A program made the position numbers and the translations under genes. From Welwitschia mirabilis (lineage: Eukaryota): DNA of 37,187 nt. The notes under the pieces were generated by a model. It ran no database searches. It had not been told where the DNA came from and saw nothing but the letters and a program-made list of their open reading frames with translations. Positions 25,307 to 37,187 of the stretch are shown piece by piece. Location of the stretch: positions 26,963,563 to 27,000,749 of the forward strand of contig JBOZIK010000001.1 in the NCBI GenBank assembly GCA_051453625.1, read 5' to 3'. The number at the start of each line of letters is the position of its first letter. The first letter of the stretch is position 1.

Positions 25307-27287
25307 ATCCTATACCTCTACTTAATATGAGGCTTCTAAGCATATCAAACTAATTAAAAGTATTTTTAAATAAGAATTTAATTACAGTTTTGGTGGAATA
25401 GCTAGGAATAGCCTTAAACTCACCCCATTTAGTTAAAAAATTCATACAAACTAAAATGTATTATTATGCATAGGATTTTGGATTAATGAATCCAATGAAA
25501 TTTAATCCTCTGAACATTAAAGGATTCAAAGGATTAAATACATTATTGGAGCATTTCCATTACCTTGAATCATGCTTCCTCTCTTTGACACTTGTCACAT
25601 GCTTTAATTTAATTAAAAGAATCTCTGAATAGAGAAGATCAATAATATCTTACATTTAAAATTTTTATAGTTGTCCTTTTTCCTCCATAGTTATCTCCCA
25701 CTTCTTCTACATGAAAATTTGATGTTTCTTCTAATCAAGCTTTCTAACATACCTCTTAATGATATCATCCCTATAAAATCTAAATACAATTTTGTTCTCC
25801 TATATATAATTCTTTTATTTCTCTAAACAACCTCTTCTTCTTGTAATAGTTTAAATAGGGTGACACATTCTAACTCACTAAAAAGTTGGTAATATCTATA
25901 AACTAAGATGCTTCTTGCAAATTTACTAAATTATCATTAGGAAAATCATTTTGAGTTTTTATTTGCTCAGCCTTTTTAGGGAATTCTAGCCTAGATAAGT
26001 GATCATCCACTGTATTCTTTGTTCCCTTTTTGTTTATTATTTTTATATCAAATTCCTGTATCAAAGGTATCCATCTTATAATTTGAGAACTTAATTCTTT
26101 CTTATTCATTAAAAATCATATGGCACTATGATCCATACAAGCCTTTACTTCATAACACAAGATATAATGCCTAAACTTATCTAAGGCTATTATTACAGCT
26201 AGCATCTTCTTTTCTATAATTGTGTAATTTTGTTATGAATAATTGAGACTTTTACTTATGTAAGCAATAGCATAGGTTTTATAGTTATCACGTTTCTATT
26301 TCAAAATAGCATAAATAACATATTGTAAAGCATCAGTGATAATGTAAAAAATTTTATTCCAATCTAGATTTTATAAAATAGCAGCCCCAGCTAACTTATC
26401 TTTAAGAATTAAAAAAAAAAATTGGCATTCTTAGGTCCATTAATATGGTGCATCCTTTTGTAGGAGATTGCTTAATGTTTAGAAATTTTACTAAAATTAG
26501 TAATAAATCTTCTATAGTATTACACATGACTTAAGAATGATCTTAGTGCTTTTAGTTTTGTTGATGGAAAAATTTCTTTGATAACAATAATTTTTTACTC
26601 ATTAGTTTTAATCCCTCTTACTCATATCTTGTAGCCTAAAATATTCCTTCTAGCCATCATAAGATGGATTTTAGACCAGCTTAATTACAAATTTTTTTTT
26701 CTCATACTAAGTTAATATAGCCTTAAGTCTTTTCAAAGTTTTCTCAAATCATTTTTAAAGGTTAAGAAGTCATCCATGAGAACTTCTAATGACCTCCCTA
26801 CCATATCTTGAAATATTCTATGTACTAGCCTCTGAAAAGTAACTAGTACATTATACAACCTAAAAGGTAAAACTTTAATGGCATAGGTACTCCATTTACA
26901 AGTAAAAGTTATTTTTGCTTGTTCTTTTATAGCTATTAAATTTTGGTTGTATCCACTGTACTCATCCAAAAACTTATAGTATTTAGGATCAAAAATTCTT
27001 TATAAAACTTGATTCACAAAGGGTAAAGAAAAATGATCCATATAGGTAGCAACATTTAGTAGCCTAAAAACTATGCATACTATCCATTTATTATTTTTCT
27101 TAGAAACTACTGTTACTAGACTTATCCATTCTAATCACAAATAGGATAGATGAATCCTAATTTTAACAACCTAAAAATTTCCTTTTTGATTACATCTTAC
27201 ATATGAGGATTACATTTTTCTTTTACTTACCTTACAAGTTTTACTATGGGATCTAGATATAGTTTATGCTAGCAATTGGTAGGGCCT
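25307..27287 (-). mobile_element. Element C (left part): decayed Athila-like pol, RT-RNaseH-integrase
   Basis: DVIKKEIFRLLKLGFIYPI; MDEYSGYNQ..ITFTC..TFQR..LEVLMDDF; RWIPLIQEFDIKIINKKGTKNTVDDHLSRLE; integrase YGGKRTTIKIL..ACDKCQR..YILVCMNFLTK. Gypsy domain order. Confidence 0.93.
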
Positions 27288-30200
27288 TGTTGTGTTGTGT
27301 ATTCATGGATGATTTTATGTTTAAATGGATTATGTCATTAATAATTAAAATATTATGCACAATACATCATACTAATATAACGAGAGTAACTTGAAATGCT
27401 GTATTTCATTGAAGTCTATCAGTACAAGACTCTAGTTGCTTTTGCAATTAAATAAGAATAAAAAATAATAAATAATAATGTAAGAAAATAAACTATCATA
27501 CAAATTTCAAGATGCAATCTAAACTAACATGCAATGCAAAATGATTCTAATCCTACTTGATTTTCAGCCTTAATAAAGGCTACCCTTGATAATCTATATC
27601 ACCTAAGAAATTGTCACCAGATCAAGGGCAACATTAGACTATAAGGGACATAAGAAATCCTAACATGCAAACATAAAATAGAACTAAGATTTATATTAAA
27701 ATGGTAACAATATCCAAGTTACAAAATGGCTGCGTCTTAATGGAAAATAATCAGCCCTTCACTAAGTGCTTGTCTTTTTGCAATGCTCAAGGTAGGTCTC
27801 TAGCCCTTCATTATCATGTCACGAGAATCTCTGGTGTATCAAAGATAAGAAAGAGAGTTGAAGGGGGGGACTTATTTATAGTAAAATATAACAGAAGAGG
27901 ACAAATAAAAGATCTAGTTATGAACACTTATTAAAAACTCAGAAATAGATGAAATGGCTGAGATAATATGTTAGTGATAACTACATGTTAGTATCATCCA
28001 GCTATCATCCAGACACCATGAGGGATAATAGAACATTACAAAATATCTTAAAATCTATGACTGAGTAGTCTATGTAAGCAGTTATTATCCTTCTTATTAG
28101 TGGACAATAGAGGAGGTGATGGTCTTCTTTAATGATCTTCTGAAAGAGAAACTTAGCAGTTTTACCATAAAAGGCTTTATTCATTAGAAAGTGACTTTAA
28201 TGCATCAAATTTAAATAATAACTACACTTTTCCAAGATTTCCTCTTGTATCTTCAAAAATCCTCAGAATTGCATTTAAACCTATATAAAAGTCCTGTAAA
28301 ATAACTCATAAAGCCCATTAAATAACTGTAAATTGGTAGTGTAACATAGCCCTCCACTTATTCTTTATCAGTCCTTGACAAAAACTAGGCAGAAAAATCA
28401 TAATTATGAGCTAAATTTTTTTTTAAAAGATAAATCTAGAAATCATAAAATAGAATTATAAAACACATCATATGAATATATAAAAAGTAATTCATAATGC
28501 ATATGAAAAATTTGAAAATTTTATGTCATAAAAGCTTTAAAAATTTTAAAAATAAGCCATGCAAATGGGTCTCTACCCTCCTCCCTAAATAAAAGGCAAT
28601 ACATCTCATATTGGCAAATAGAACAAAGAAGGTAAATAGGAGTGGAAAGGTAGGAAATGGAAATGAATATAACATTCAAAATAAAGTGTAAAGCTAAGTA
28701 ATGTCAGATTTAAAAAGTATAGAGATATGAAATATTCTAACAGGTAAAGAAAAGAGTGGATAAAAAGTGTTTCACAATAAAATAATATAAGCAGTGCTTT
28801 AAAACACCAAAAAATATGAAAAATAATACAAATCTAAATAAGAAATTACCTTTTATTAAAAACTAAAATAAGAAAATATGCTAAGAAAACATGGTAATGA
28901 ATTTGAAATAACTAACAAGATCACAAAAGAAAACAAGAAGAATGGACATAATATAAACACAATATAGCTTACCACTTTAACATTTTAACCTAGCAATTTT
29001 TAATGAAAGTAATCATAACATCACTTGATTTGAAAAATGCATGACTAGTGCACAAAATATCCATTTGATAAGGCAGTGATTATGATGTTGCTAAAGCAGT
29101 ATGCTTTAAACAATGAATGATCAGACCAAAGAATTGCTTAAAAAATAAACTCTTCTCACATCATCTCAAAAAAAAAAAACCCAGAAGTCTCAAGAAATGA
29201 AATGATCATGTAAAATACTAAGAGTTTAGGAAATAATCAATTCCTCTGATGATATCAAGAATACCACTAATTCCATAGCCTTAAAGTTTAAATAAAACTT
29301 TATTACCCATGATGACGGGAGTGCAACCACTATCAAAGAACTAAGGATCTGTGAAGCATGGCTAACTAACCTCTTAGTGGAGTTCCTACAACTACCATAT
29401 TACACTGCCAAAGGATCTTCTTGGAAATATTTGCCCTAATGTACTTATGGTAGGACATCATGGTGACCATGTTTTTAAGATAAAAATATAAAAAATCATG
29501 GCCTTTATTCACTCTTTTCTTTTCTTTTTTTTTATGAAAAAAAACCAATATTCCACATGACAAAACACTTCAAAAGGCAAAGGTAAAAGTCAAAAGTTTA
29601 GAACAGAAAAGAACACTCTTAAACAATCTAAGACCTTTTTACCATTAAGAAAAAAATAAAAATAAAGCCTCTTCCTTCAATTAAAGTTCAAGAACGTGTG
29701 AATGTCCTAAGATTAGGTGAATCCGATCTTGCCACTGAAATTCTTAAGTCAAAAGACTAATAATGGAAACAAATACATATGTTAAGTTTAAAAGATGCTA
29801 AAGTAATTCCACAATAATCTTTTAAAGGAAAAGGTTAAGAGAAAATTTAGAAGGTTTGCTCATGAAATTCCAATTTTTATCATTTTCTTCCTCTAGTTCT
29901 TAAGCAATCAAGTCAGAAATCTCAACAGAGTAATAAAAAATGTATTTTATCAAATAGAAAAGCAACAATTAACATTTATTGGCTTATTATCCTACTCATT
30001 ATCCAGATAACAAAGAGGATGACATACACAAGAAAAAGAAACAAAATACAGAAAATTAATAAAAAAACTAAAAAGCTATCAAATGGGGGTTATCATCCAC
30101 CTCGTCATGGGAATGACAGAGGAGATGATCGATTATTTTTATAGAAATAGAAAATAAAAAATGCAATAGAAAAAAATAGAAATCAAAAAATAAAAAAAAT

Positions 30201-33200
30201 CTTTAAAAATAGAAGACTAAAAAGAAAATAACAAAGAAAGAAAACTTTTATTAAAATCCTAAAGCTAAAACACACTTTTATCAAAAAGAAAGAAAGGAAA
30301 AATCAAGGATCTATTGTGGTTTCAAGTTTTTTTAGAGAAGTACTATCCAAACTAGAAATTTACCAATTGATAAAACATAAGAGATGTACAATTATTTTCA
30401 TGTAAAATTAATTAGATGAAGAGAGTAGTAATGGATATTATTTTATGATGCCACATCAAAGCAAAAATTTTGGAAGAGAAAGCGGAGAGAAATGATAACT
30501 TTGGTAAAATTTTTTATGAAATACAAGAGTTTTATCTCCAAGTTTATTGAAGACATTTTTCTTTTTCAAATTTAATTTATGATTTTTAATTTTTGACTTA
30601 TGAATTTGACAATATTCTTGATGATTTTTTTTGAAAAGTTAGATATTTTTGATATTCAAAAGGTTTCTTTCTTCTTTATTCTTAAGTTGATCATCACAAA
30701 ACTCATGTTCACTTAGTCTCATCTCTCTTTTTTCAAGTGGATGATGTTGTAAAAATAAAGTAGGTTTGACATTCTCTTCAATGTTTATATCATTATCACC
30801 AAATCTTTCTCAGCTACATTAAAGACTTTAATCATGAAAGTTTTATTTTCAAAATGGCATTTCATTATTCCTTTTCTTGTATCAATGATGCAGTGGTTTA
30901 TTGCATGGAAGGCTCTATCTAGAAGTAAAGAATATCTAGTGTTATGCTCAACTTCTATAATGATCACATCAATTAGGTAGCAAGCCTCTTTAATTTGTAT
31001 TGTCAAATATTTAATAATGCCTAATAGTTTCTTAACTAATGTACCTGCTAATTCTAAGATAACCAAGGTAGGCTCTATTCTATCTTCCAAACCAAACCTC
31101 TTATAAATATAAATTGGCATAAGGTTAACACTTGCTCCAATATTAATCAATGCTTTTCTTATCTTTTTGTTTTCCTCTATAGTAACATTCATCATTGTTG
31201 CTTCTAGATCTTTAAATTTTGGTGATTTTTGTAACATTAAGTTCCTGAGGGATTGAGTAAGAAAGACCTTACTAGGAATGACTCATTTTTGTTTTCTTTT
31301 GATTAAGTCTTTTCATAGTTTTGCATACCCCAATTTTCTTGTAAAAATTTACAAAAAGAAATACTTATGCTCACATTCTTTATTAAGGATTTAAGATGTT
31401 CATTAAAAGTTGAGTTGTTTTTAAGCCTATTAAGCTAAGGTGTAGTTGGACTTTTTTTTTCCCTTCTTGCCAAAAGAAGGGAAGCTGTAATCATTTAAAA
31501 TTTCAATGTTTTCTTCCTCTTCTTATTCATTATTTGGGAGGTGAAAGGTTCACATGGAAGATAGTTTTAGTTTAGGTAAGGATTGTGTAGGTAAATTTCC
31601 TTGAGGTCTTTGGTTTTCTAGCAATGTTTGTTGAAAAATGTTTGCCATATTTCTACATTGACATTTGTTTTTTTAAGCTCCTCTATAAGTTTTGTGAGTT
31701 GTTCATTTAGATTTAAAAGTTTGATGGACTTGGTGGATAGTTTGCATTTTTGAATTAGTTTCTAAAATGTTGATGATTGTTTTGGAAATATGTGTTCAAT
31801 CTATATTGTACTTGACTTTGGGTTCAAAATTTTTGAGATGGTTGATTAAAAGCAAAAACTTCTTCATGAATCCTTTCTTTATAAGTTGGTAGAAGAGGAT
31901 AATTTTTGATGACATGATAGTTATTCTCACATAAATCATAGGTTTGCACAACATTTCTTTCAGTTGCATTTTTATCATCTAAGATCATTTCCATATACTT
32001 TTCCAAGGTTGTTATAAATTCCCTTATAGAATTTATAGGGTTGTCTTCTACCTATTTTTGTTGCTTTATATATTTTAAGTCTTTGATAAGTTGGCCTATT
32101 ATTTGATTTCCTTTAGGTATTAACCATGTTTTAATAACCTTCACAAGTTCCTCTAATTTTGTCCATCCATCATCTAAAGTATGGATCATGAGGTTTCCTC
32201 CAAAGATAAATCTACAAGTTGTTTTGTATATGTAGTTAGCCTATTATAAAAGTAGTTTAGTTGTTCTACTTTTAAAAAGGCATCTACTAGATTAGAGTGA
32301 AATGCTATAAAGAAATGCTCATATGTGGAGGTATAGTCTTCATTTGGATTTTATTGAAAGTTTGTTACCTTTCTTTTTCTTTTTCTTACAGTTTATTCAC
32401 TTTTTAATCATTTTATAAGATTCTTGAGCTTGATCCCATGTTTTAAGCTTTTGTGGGGTAATGTTTTTAGCCAAAGTTTTGCCCTACCTTTTAAATTCAT
32501 GGGAAAGATTACCATATATGTTTTATTTGTTATTTTTTTCTTTCCATTTCCTCTGATGAGGATAAGTTATTCAATGTCTTTAATATGTTCAATGGGATCC
32601 TCATCCTCTTCTTCACTAAAAGTTAGATAAGCATGTAAATTTTTATCTCTACATCACCCACTAGTGTTAGGTTAAATGGTNNNNNNNNNNNNNNNNNNNN
32701 NNNNNNNNNNNNNNNNNNNNNNNNNNNNNNNNNNNNNNNNNNNNNNNNNNNNNNNNNNNNNNNNNNNNNNNNNNNNNNNNTTTGAATTTTTCTATTCTTA
32801 TTGGCTAATAATTCTCTAAGGGTGAGGTTGGTATTAGGGGTAAAAAATCCTATGACTTATTTTTGTTTATAGGAAACACTTGATATTACAAATTAGTTCC
32901 ATTCTTCTACGAGTTTTTCATTAGGAAAATTAGATTTAGAAAAAATAAATTTTGAAGGAGGATTAAGTGCACTTGAATATTGTTCTTATAACTCTGTTTC
33001 TATTTCCACGGTTCTTCCTTGAGGTCCTTTTCTATTAGATGTTTTTCTCTGAGATATTGCTTTTCTAGATTGACTATAACATAACATCCTACAAACAAAA
33101 AACAATAGAAAAAAGATCAGAGAATAATAAACCATTGTCCTATCTATCATCTAGATGACAAAAGAGACAATGCACATAAAAAATAGAAAAATAGAAATAG

Positions 33201-34604
33201 AACTAAAACTAAAATAGAAAGCAGAAAAACACAAAGAAACATCTATCATCCACTTGGTCATCCTAATATCACAGGATATGAGAGAACCAATTAATGTAGA
33301 GAAAATATGAAAACCAAAAAATAAACAACTAAAAATAAAAATAACACATTGTTGTCCTGACTGTCACGAGGACAATAGAGGGAATGACTATACTTTTTTA
33401 CAGAAAACCAAAATCTAAAAGACTAAAACTAAAACAAATCACATATAAAACCTAAAATTTCTAATAAAATACAATGCCATATAAATAAATAATTGGTATA
33501 CTTATCTAAATGATGATAACCATTGTACTCCTCAATATCTTTTCTTGGTAATGATGCTAATTTGTTGCAATGTATATTTGAACATGCTTTTATGTTCAAA
33601 TGGATTCTATCATTAATAATTAAAATAGATATTATGTACAATACATCATACTAATATAATGTGAGTGACTCAAAATGATGTATCTCATTGAAGTTTACTA
33701 GTACAAGACTCAGGTTGCTTTTGTAATTAAATAGGAGCTAGAAATAATAAAGACTAATGCAAGAAAATAAACTACCATGCAAAGTGCAAGATGCAATCTA
33801 AATTAACATGTAATACAAAATGATCCTAATCCTACTTACTTTTTGGCCTTAATAAAGGCTGCCTTTGATAATCTATATCATCTAAGAAATTATTACTAGA
33901 TCAAGGACAACATTAAGCTATAAGGGATATAAGAAATCCTAACATGAAAACATAAAATAAAACCAAGATTTATATTAAAACAATAATAATATCTGGGTTA
34001 TAAGATAATCGGGTCTCAATGGAAGATACTTAGCCCTCCACCAAATGCTTCTTTTTTTATAATGCTTAAGATAGATCTTCCACCCTTCACTCTTCTATCA
34101 CAAGAATCTCTTGTACATTAAAGATAAGAAGGTGATTCAAAGAAGGAGCTTATTTATAGGAAAATACAACAAAAAAGAACAAACTGAAGGTGCAGTTACA
34201 CTCATTCATTAAGGACTTAGAAATAGACGAAACGACTGAGAGAATCTGTCAGTGATAGTTACATATTAGTGTCATCCGAGTTATTATATAGATGACATAG
34301 GGGATGATAGACAATTATAAAATATCTCAAAATTGATAACTCAGCAGTCCATGTAAGTAGTTGTCATTCTACCTGTAATGTGGATGATAGAGAGGAGGAC
34401 AATCTTCTTTCATGATTTTCTTGAGGAGAAACTTAGCTATTTTGCCATAAAAATATATATTCATTAGAAAGTGTCTTTAATGCATCAAATTTTGATAATA
34501 ACTATTATCTTAAAAAATCCTCAAAATTACACTTAAACCTATATAAAAGTTCTACAAAACAACTCATAAAACCCATCAAATAATTGTAAATTGTTAGTGC
34601 AATA
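27288..34604 (-). mobile_element. Element B: complete non-autonomous Athila-like LTR element (gag + protease only)
   Basis: LTRs at 33563-34604 (5') and 27288-28346 (3'). TSD ggcct (27283-27287) / ggctt (34605-34609). PBS tagcatcattaccaagaa (33559-33542). PPT taagtggagggc before the 3' LTR. gag EDPIEHIKDI..FPMNLKGRAKLWL and protease ALINIGASVNLMP (30785-31237). No RT or RNaseH motifs seen. Confidence 0.92.
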
Positions 34605-34846
34605 GGCTTACTCTTGTAATATCTTTATGAGTCCAAGCAAAAGAACTAGTTTGTTTAACTAACATCCTTTTTAATTTTCCTTTTTAGGAATGAGTTAAAT
34701 TCCTATTGATAATTAAAGTTTTATTTTTTTAAATTTTAATGTATTTCAAACTTTCTTCAACAGTAGGTTTCTCAAGCTACTCTTCCTTTTTTGTTGGTTT
34801 AATGATTAAGGAGTAATCCCCTTTTTTTGACCTCTTATTCCATCAT
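34605..34846 (-). mobile_element. Element C (right part): protease-RT linker / RT start
   Basis: Reads ...ESLKYIKI...KLKRMLVKQTSSFAWTHKDITRVS and joins PTNC*HKLYLD at 27287 once element B is removed. Confidence 0.85.
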
Positions 34847-37187
34847 TGTGATGTCAAATTATATGTTTTCAATGAAGTATTTTGAGTAGTTTTATAGAAC
34901 ATTTAGATACATTTTAAGCATAAAATGATGATTATTGAGATTTAAATAGAAAATCATAGAAATGTATAAATACTAGTACTTTTGAAGACATTTTAGATTA
35001 CTTTTAATACTTCATATTTTGAGGAGGAATTAATGATATTTAAGGCCAATTTAGTTTGATAAATAACTTTAAGAAGGATATTGTCCCATCCATCATCTAG
35101 ATGATATATAAGGATGACACCACTTACATGTTAACTAGGATGCTAAATAGGCTAACATGAAGGATAAATATAGAACTCTATTGATGTGGCATCATTGCCA
35201 CCATTATTTAGATGACTACTAGGATGACCATCTAATTTTAGTCAATTTACCAACTTCATCAAACTTCTACAATATATCATGTACCTTCTTGTATGTCATT
35301 AGGATTTCTCATGCATCTATTTAGATATGATGTTATTAGAGTATGTTGTTGTCAATAAATATCACTTTGGCCTTAACTCCAATCGTCTTTGTTTGTACTA
35401 GAAATTCTTATGATAGGAGATAAAAGGGTCAAAGTTCCATCTGATAGTTACAAAGAGGGATATTCCTTAGTGTTAAGTTGTGTCTCCTTTATTAAGGTTC
35501 TACTACTTTATAATAAAATATTGGTTTAACTTTTAATAAAAATATTATTTTAGTTTTATTCATATTTATGTGCATCTCCATTATGATTTATTTGCTTTTA
35601 ATTCTATGATAACGTCATTTGTAATATAGATCAAGGAGGCAACCTTTATTAAGGTTGAAATCATTAGTTAAAAATCTTACATTGCATTTTATATTTCATG
35701 GATTAAATCATTGTGTATTTTCATATTCTATCTAATGCACTTAATCACTTAGGTTGATTTTGATTAGTGATAGTTTTGTTGATTGAACTAGGTTATGCAG
35801 GGCTAATCTTAGTAATAGAGATTTGGTGATTGGATAGATATTACATTTAGGATAGTTTGCATTTATATTTACATTGTGTATTTACTTTTATTGCATTTTT
35901 TATTTTAATTTTTAAATATTTACTTTATAAAATGTAATTATATAGCTTTAAGCCTAGTGCATTTAATGAATTAACATTTGATTTACTTCCTTCTATATTA
36001 GTATTTTAGGTTTATACATAGGTTTGTGATTAATAAGATTTGATAAAGGATGTAATGTTTGCATAAATATGCACCACAACATCTTAGTATCATTATTGAG
36101 GAAGGATACAAAGAGTTTGAGGATTCATTACTCAGATAAGTGCATTATATTTTGATTTAAGTATTTGTTTATATTGTAGTTTTTTTCATTTTTTTCACAT
36201 TTTTCATTTTCTTTTTTTGATCCACATTTTTGGATCCTATTGTCCTATCTATCATTCAAACAACACAACTAGATGATGGCCTAAGATTAGGAGTTTTTAT
36301 TATTTTTTCTACAAGTTTGTTTTTGATTTTTCATTATGTAAATCTACTTTGTTGTCTAGATAGTAATTTTATTTTTTGATTTATTTGTTTTCTATTTTCT
36401 ATTTTTTTCTGGTCTAGGATATCATCCAAATGATAACTAAGATGATAAATAGATAGACATTTTATTAAGCATCCAAGGATATGATAAATCTATTGAAAAG
36501 GTAAAATATTCTAAGGAATGAAGCTTAATTAAAAAAATTAAAATAGACTTACTCAATGAAATATAACATACAAATATACACACATAGGTATGTAATTTCT
36601 AAGATTTGAAGAAAATGTTTTGTACTTTTATGGTTTACCAAATCTTTCAAATAGCAATAGCAAAAATAATAGAATATGAGAAAAACAATTTTATCTCCTT
36701 TTTATTTATGAGTAGTGTCAATTAATATAAAAATGATAGAATCCTCTAGTTAAAATGTGAATGTTATCATAGAAGAGATAATTGCTAGAAGGAGATGTAA
36801 AAGACAAAAATCTTATAACTTATCTCTTAATAATGATCTAGAATTTAAAATTAAGAATTCTTCTTATTCATCCTTCCCATCCAATACTAAGAGTAATGAT
36901 AAAAGACTACTATGAGAAATATTGGTTAGAATTAGAGTTGAAGAAAGAAGGAGAAAACATAGAAATTCTAAGAATAATGGACATAAACACTTAGAAAATT
37001 ATTTCAAGAATAATTATAAGGATCTTAAAATGATGTTAAGACTGAGACCACTACATCTTTTCAAACTTCTTATTTATTCCCTCCTTTTTCTCAAATTTTA
37101 AATGAAAATGACAATAACGATTTGTAATATTTTAGGGATTCCACCTCATCTAATGAAAGATCCTATAATTATTTTAGTGAATCCCAA
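34847..37187 (+). mobile_element. Element D: Athila-like 5' LTR (~34847-36081), PBS, leader and start of gag; runs off window
   Basis: The LTR shares blocks with the element B LTR (cctttattaagg.tgaaa) and ends CACAACA. PBS tagtatcattattgagga (36085-36102) differs from TGGCGCCGTTGCCGGGGA by transitions only. gag-like NNDLEFKIK (~36830) and a DPY motif at the window end. Confidence 0.8.

Noticed and set aside
29240..29280. CTGATGA, possible hammerhead ribozyme (retrozyme) core
   Set aside because: No stem II followed by GAAA and no cleavage-site helix visible.
20407..33641. Short hydrophobic or Lys/Ile-rich ORFs (20407, 22211, 27701, 29366, 32424, 33429)
   Set aside because: Chance ORFs in AT-rich LTR/UTR sequence or antisense to gag; no family motifs.

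Overview
Land-plant nuclear DNA with six N-gaps. The first ~1.5 kb is GC-balanced and CpG-rich and holds the 5' part of a secreted glycoside hydrolase family 1 (beta-glucosidase) gene on the minus strand. Five exons are visible and the gene runs off the window at position 1. The remaining ~35.7 kb is AT-rich, almost CpG-free and made of decayed, nested retroelements. These include duplicated Ty3/gypsy integrase remnants, solo LTRs, a TRIM, a CRM-like gypsy gag-pol, a LINE carrying a tRNA-derived SINE, a Sirevirus-like copia 3' end and four Athila-like elements, two of them complete but non-autonomous. A two-finger QALGGH-type C2H2 zinc-finger pseudogene lies among them. I see no intact novel protein-coding system. 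The most notable items are the zinc-finger fossil, the GC-donor intron, the pol-less LTR elements, a recurring nested-hairpin motif and the pervasive C>T/G>A decay. All translations and alignments were done by eye; clade names rest on remembered motifs, not database searches.
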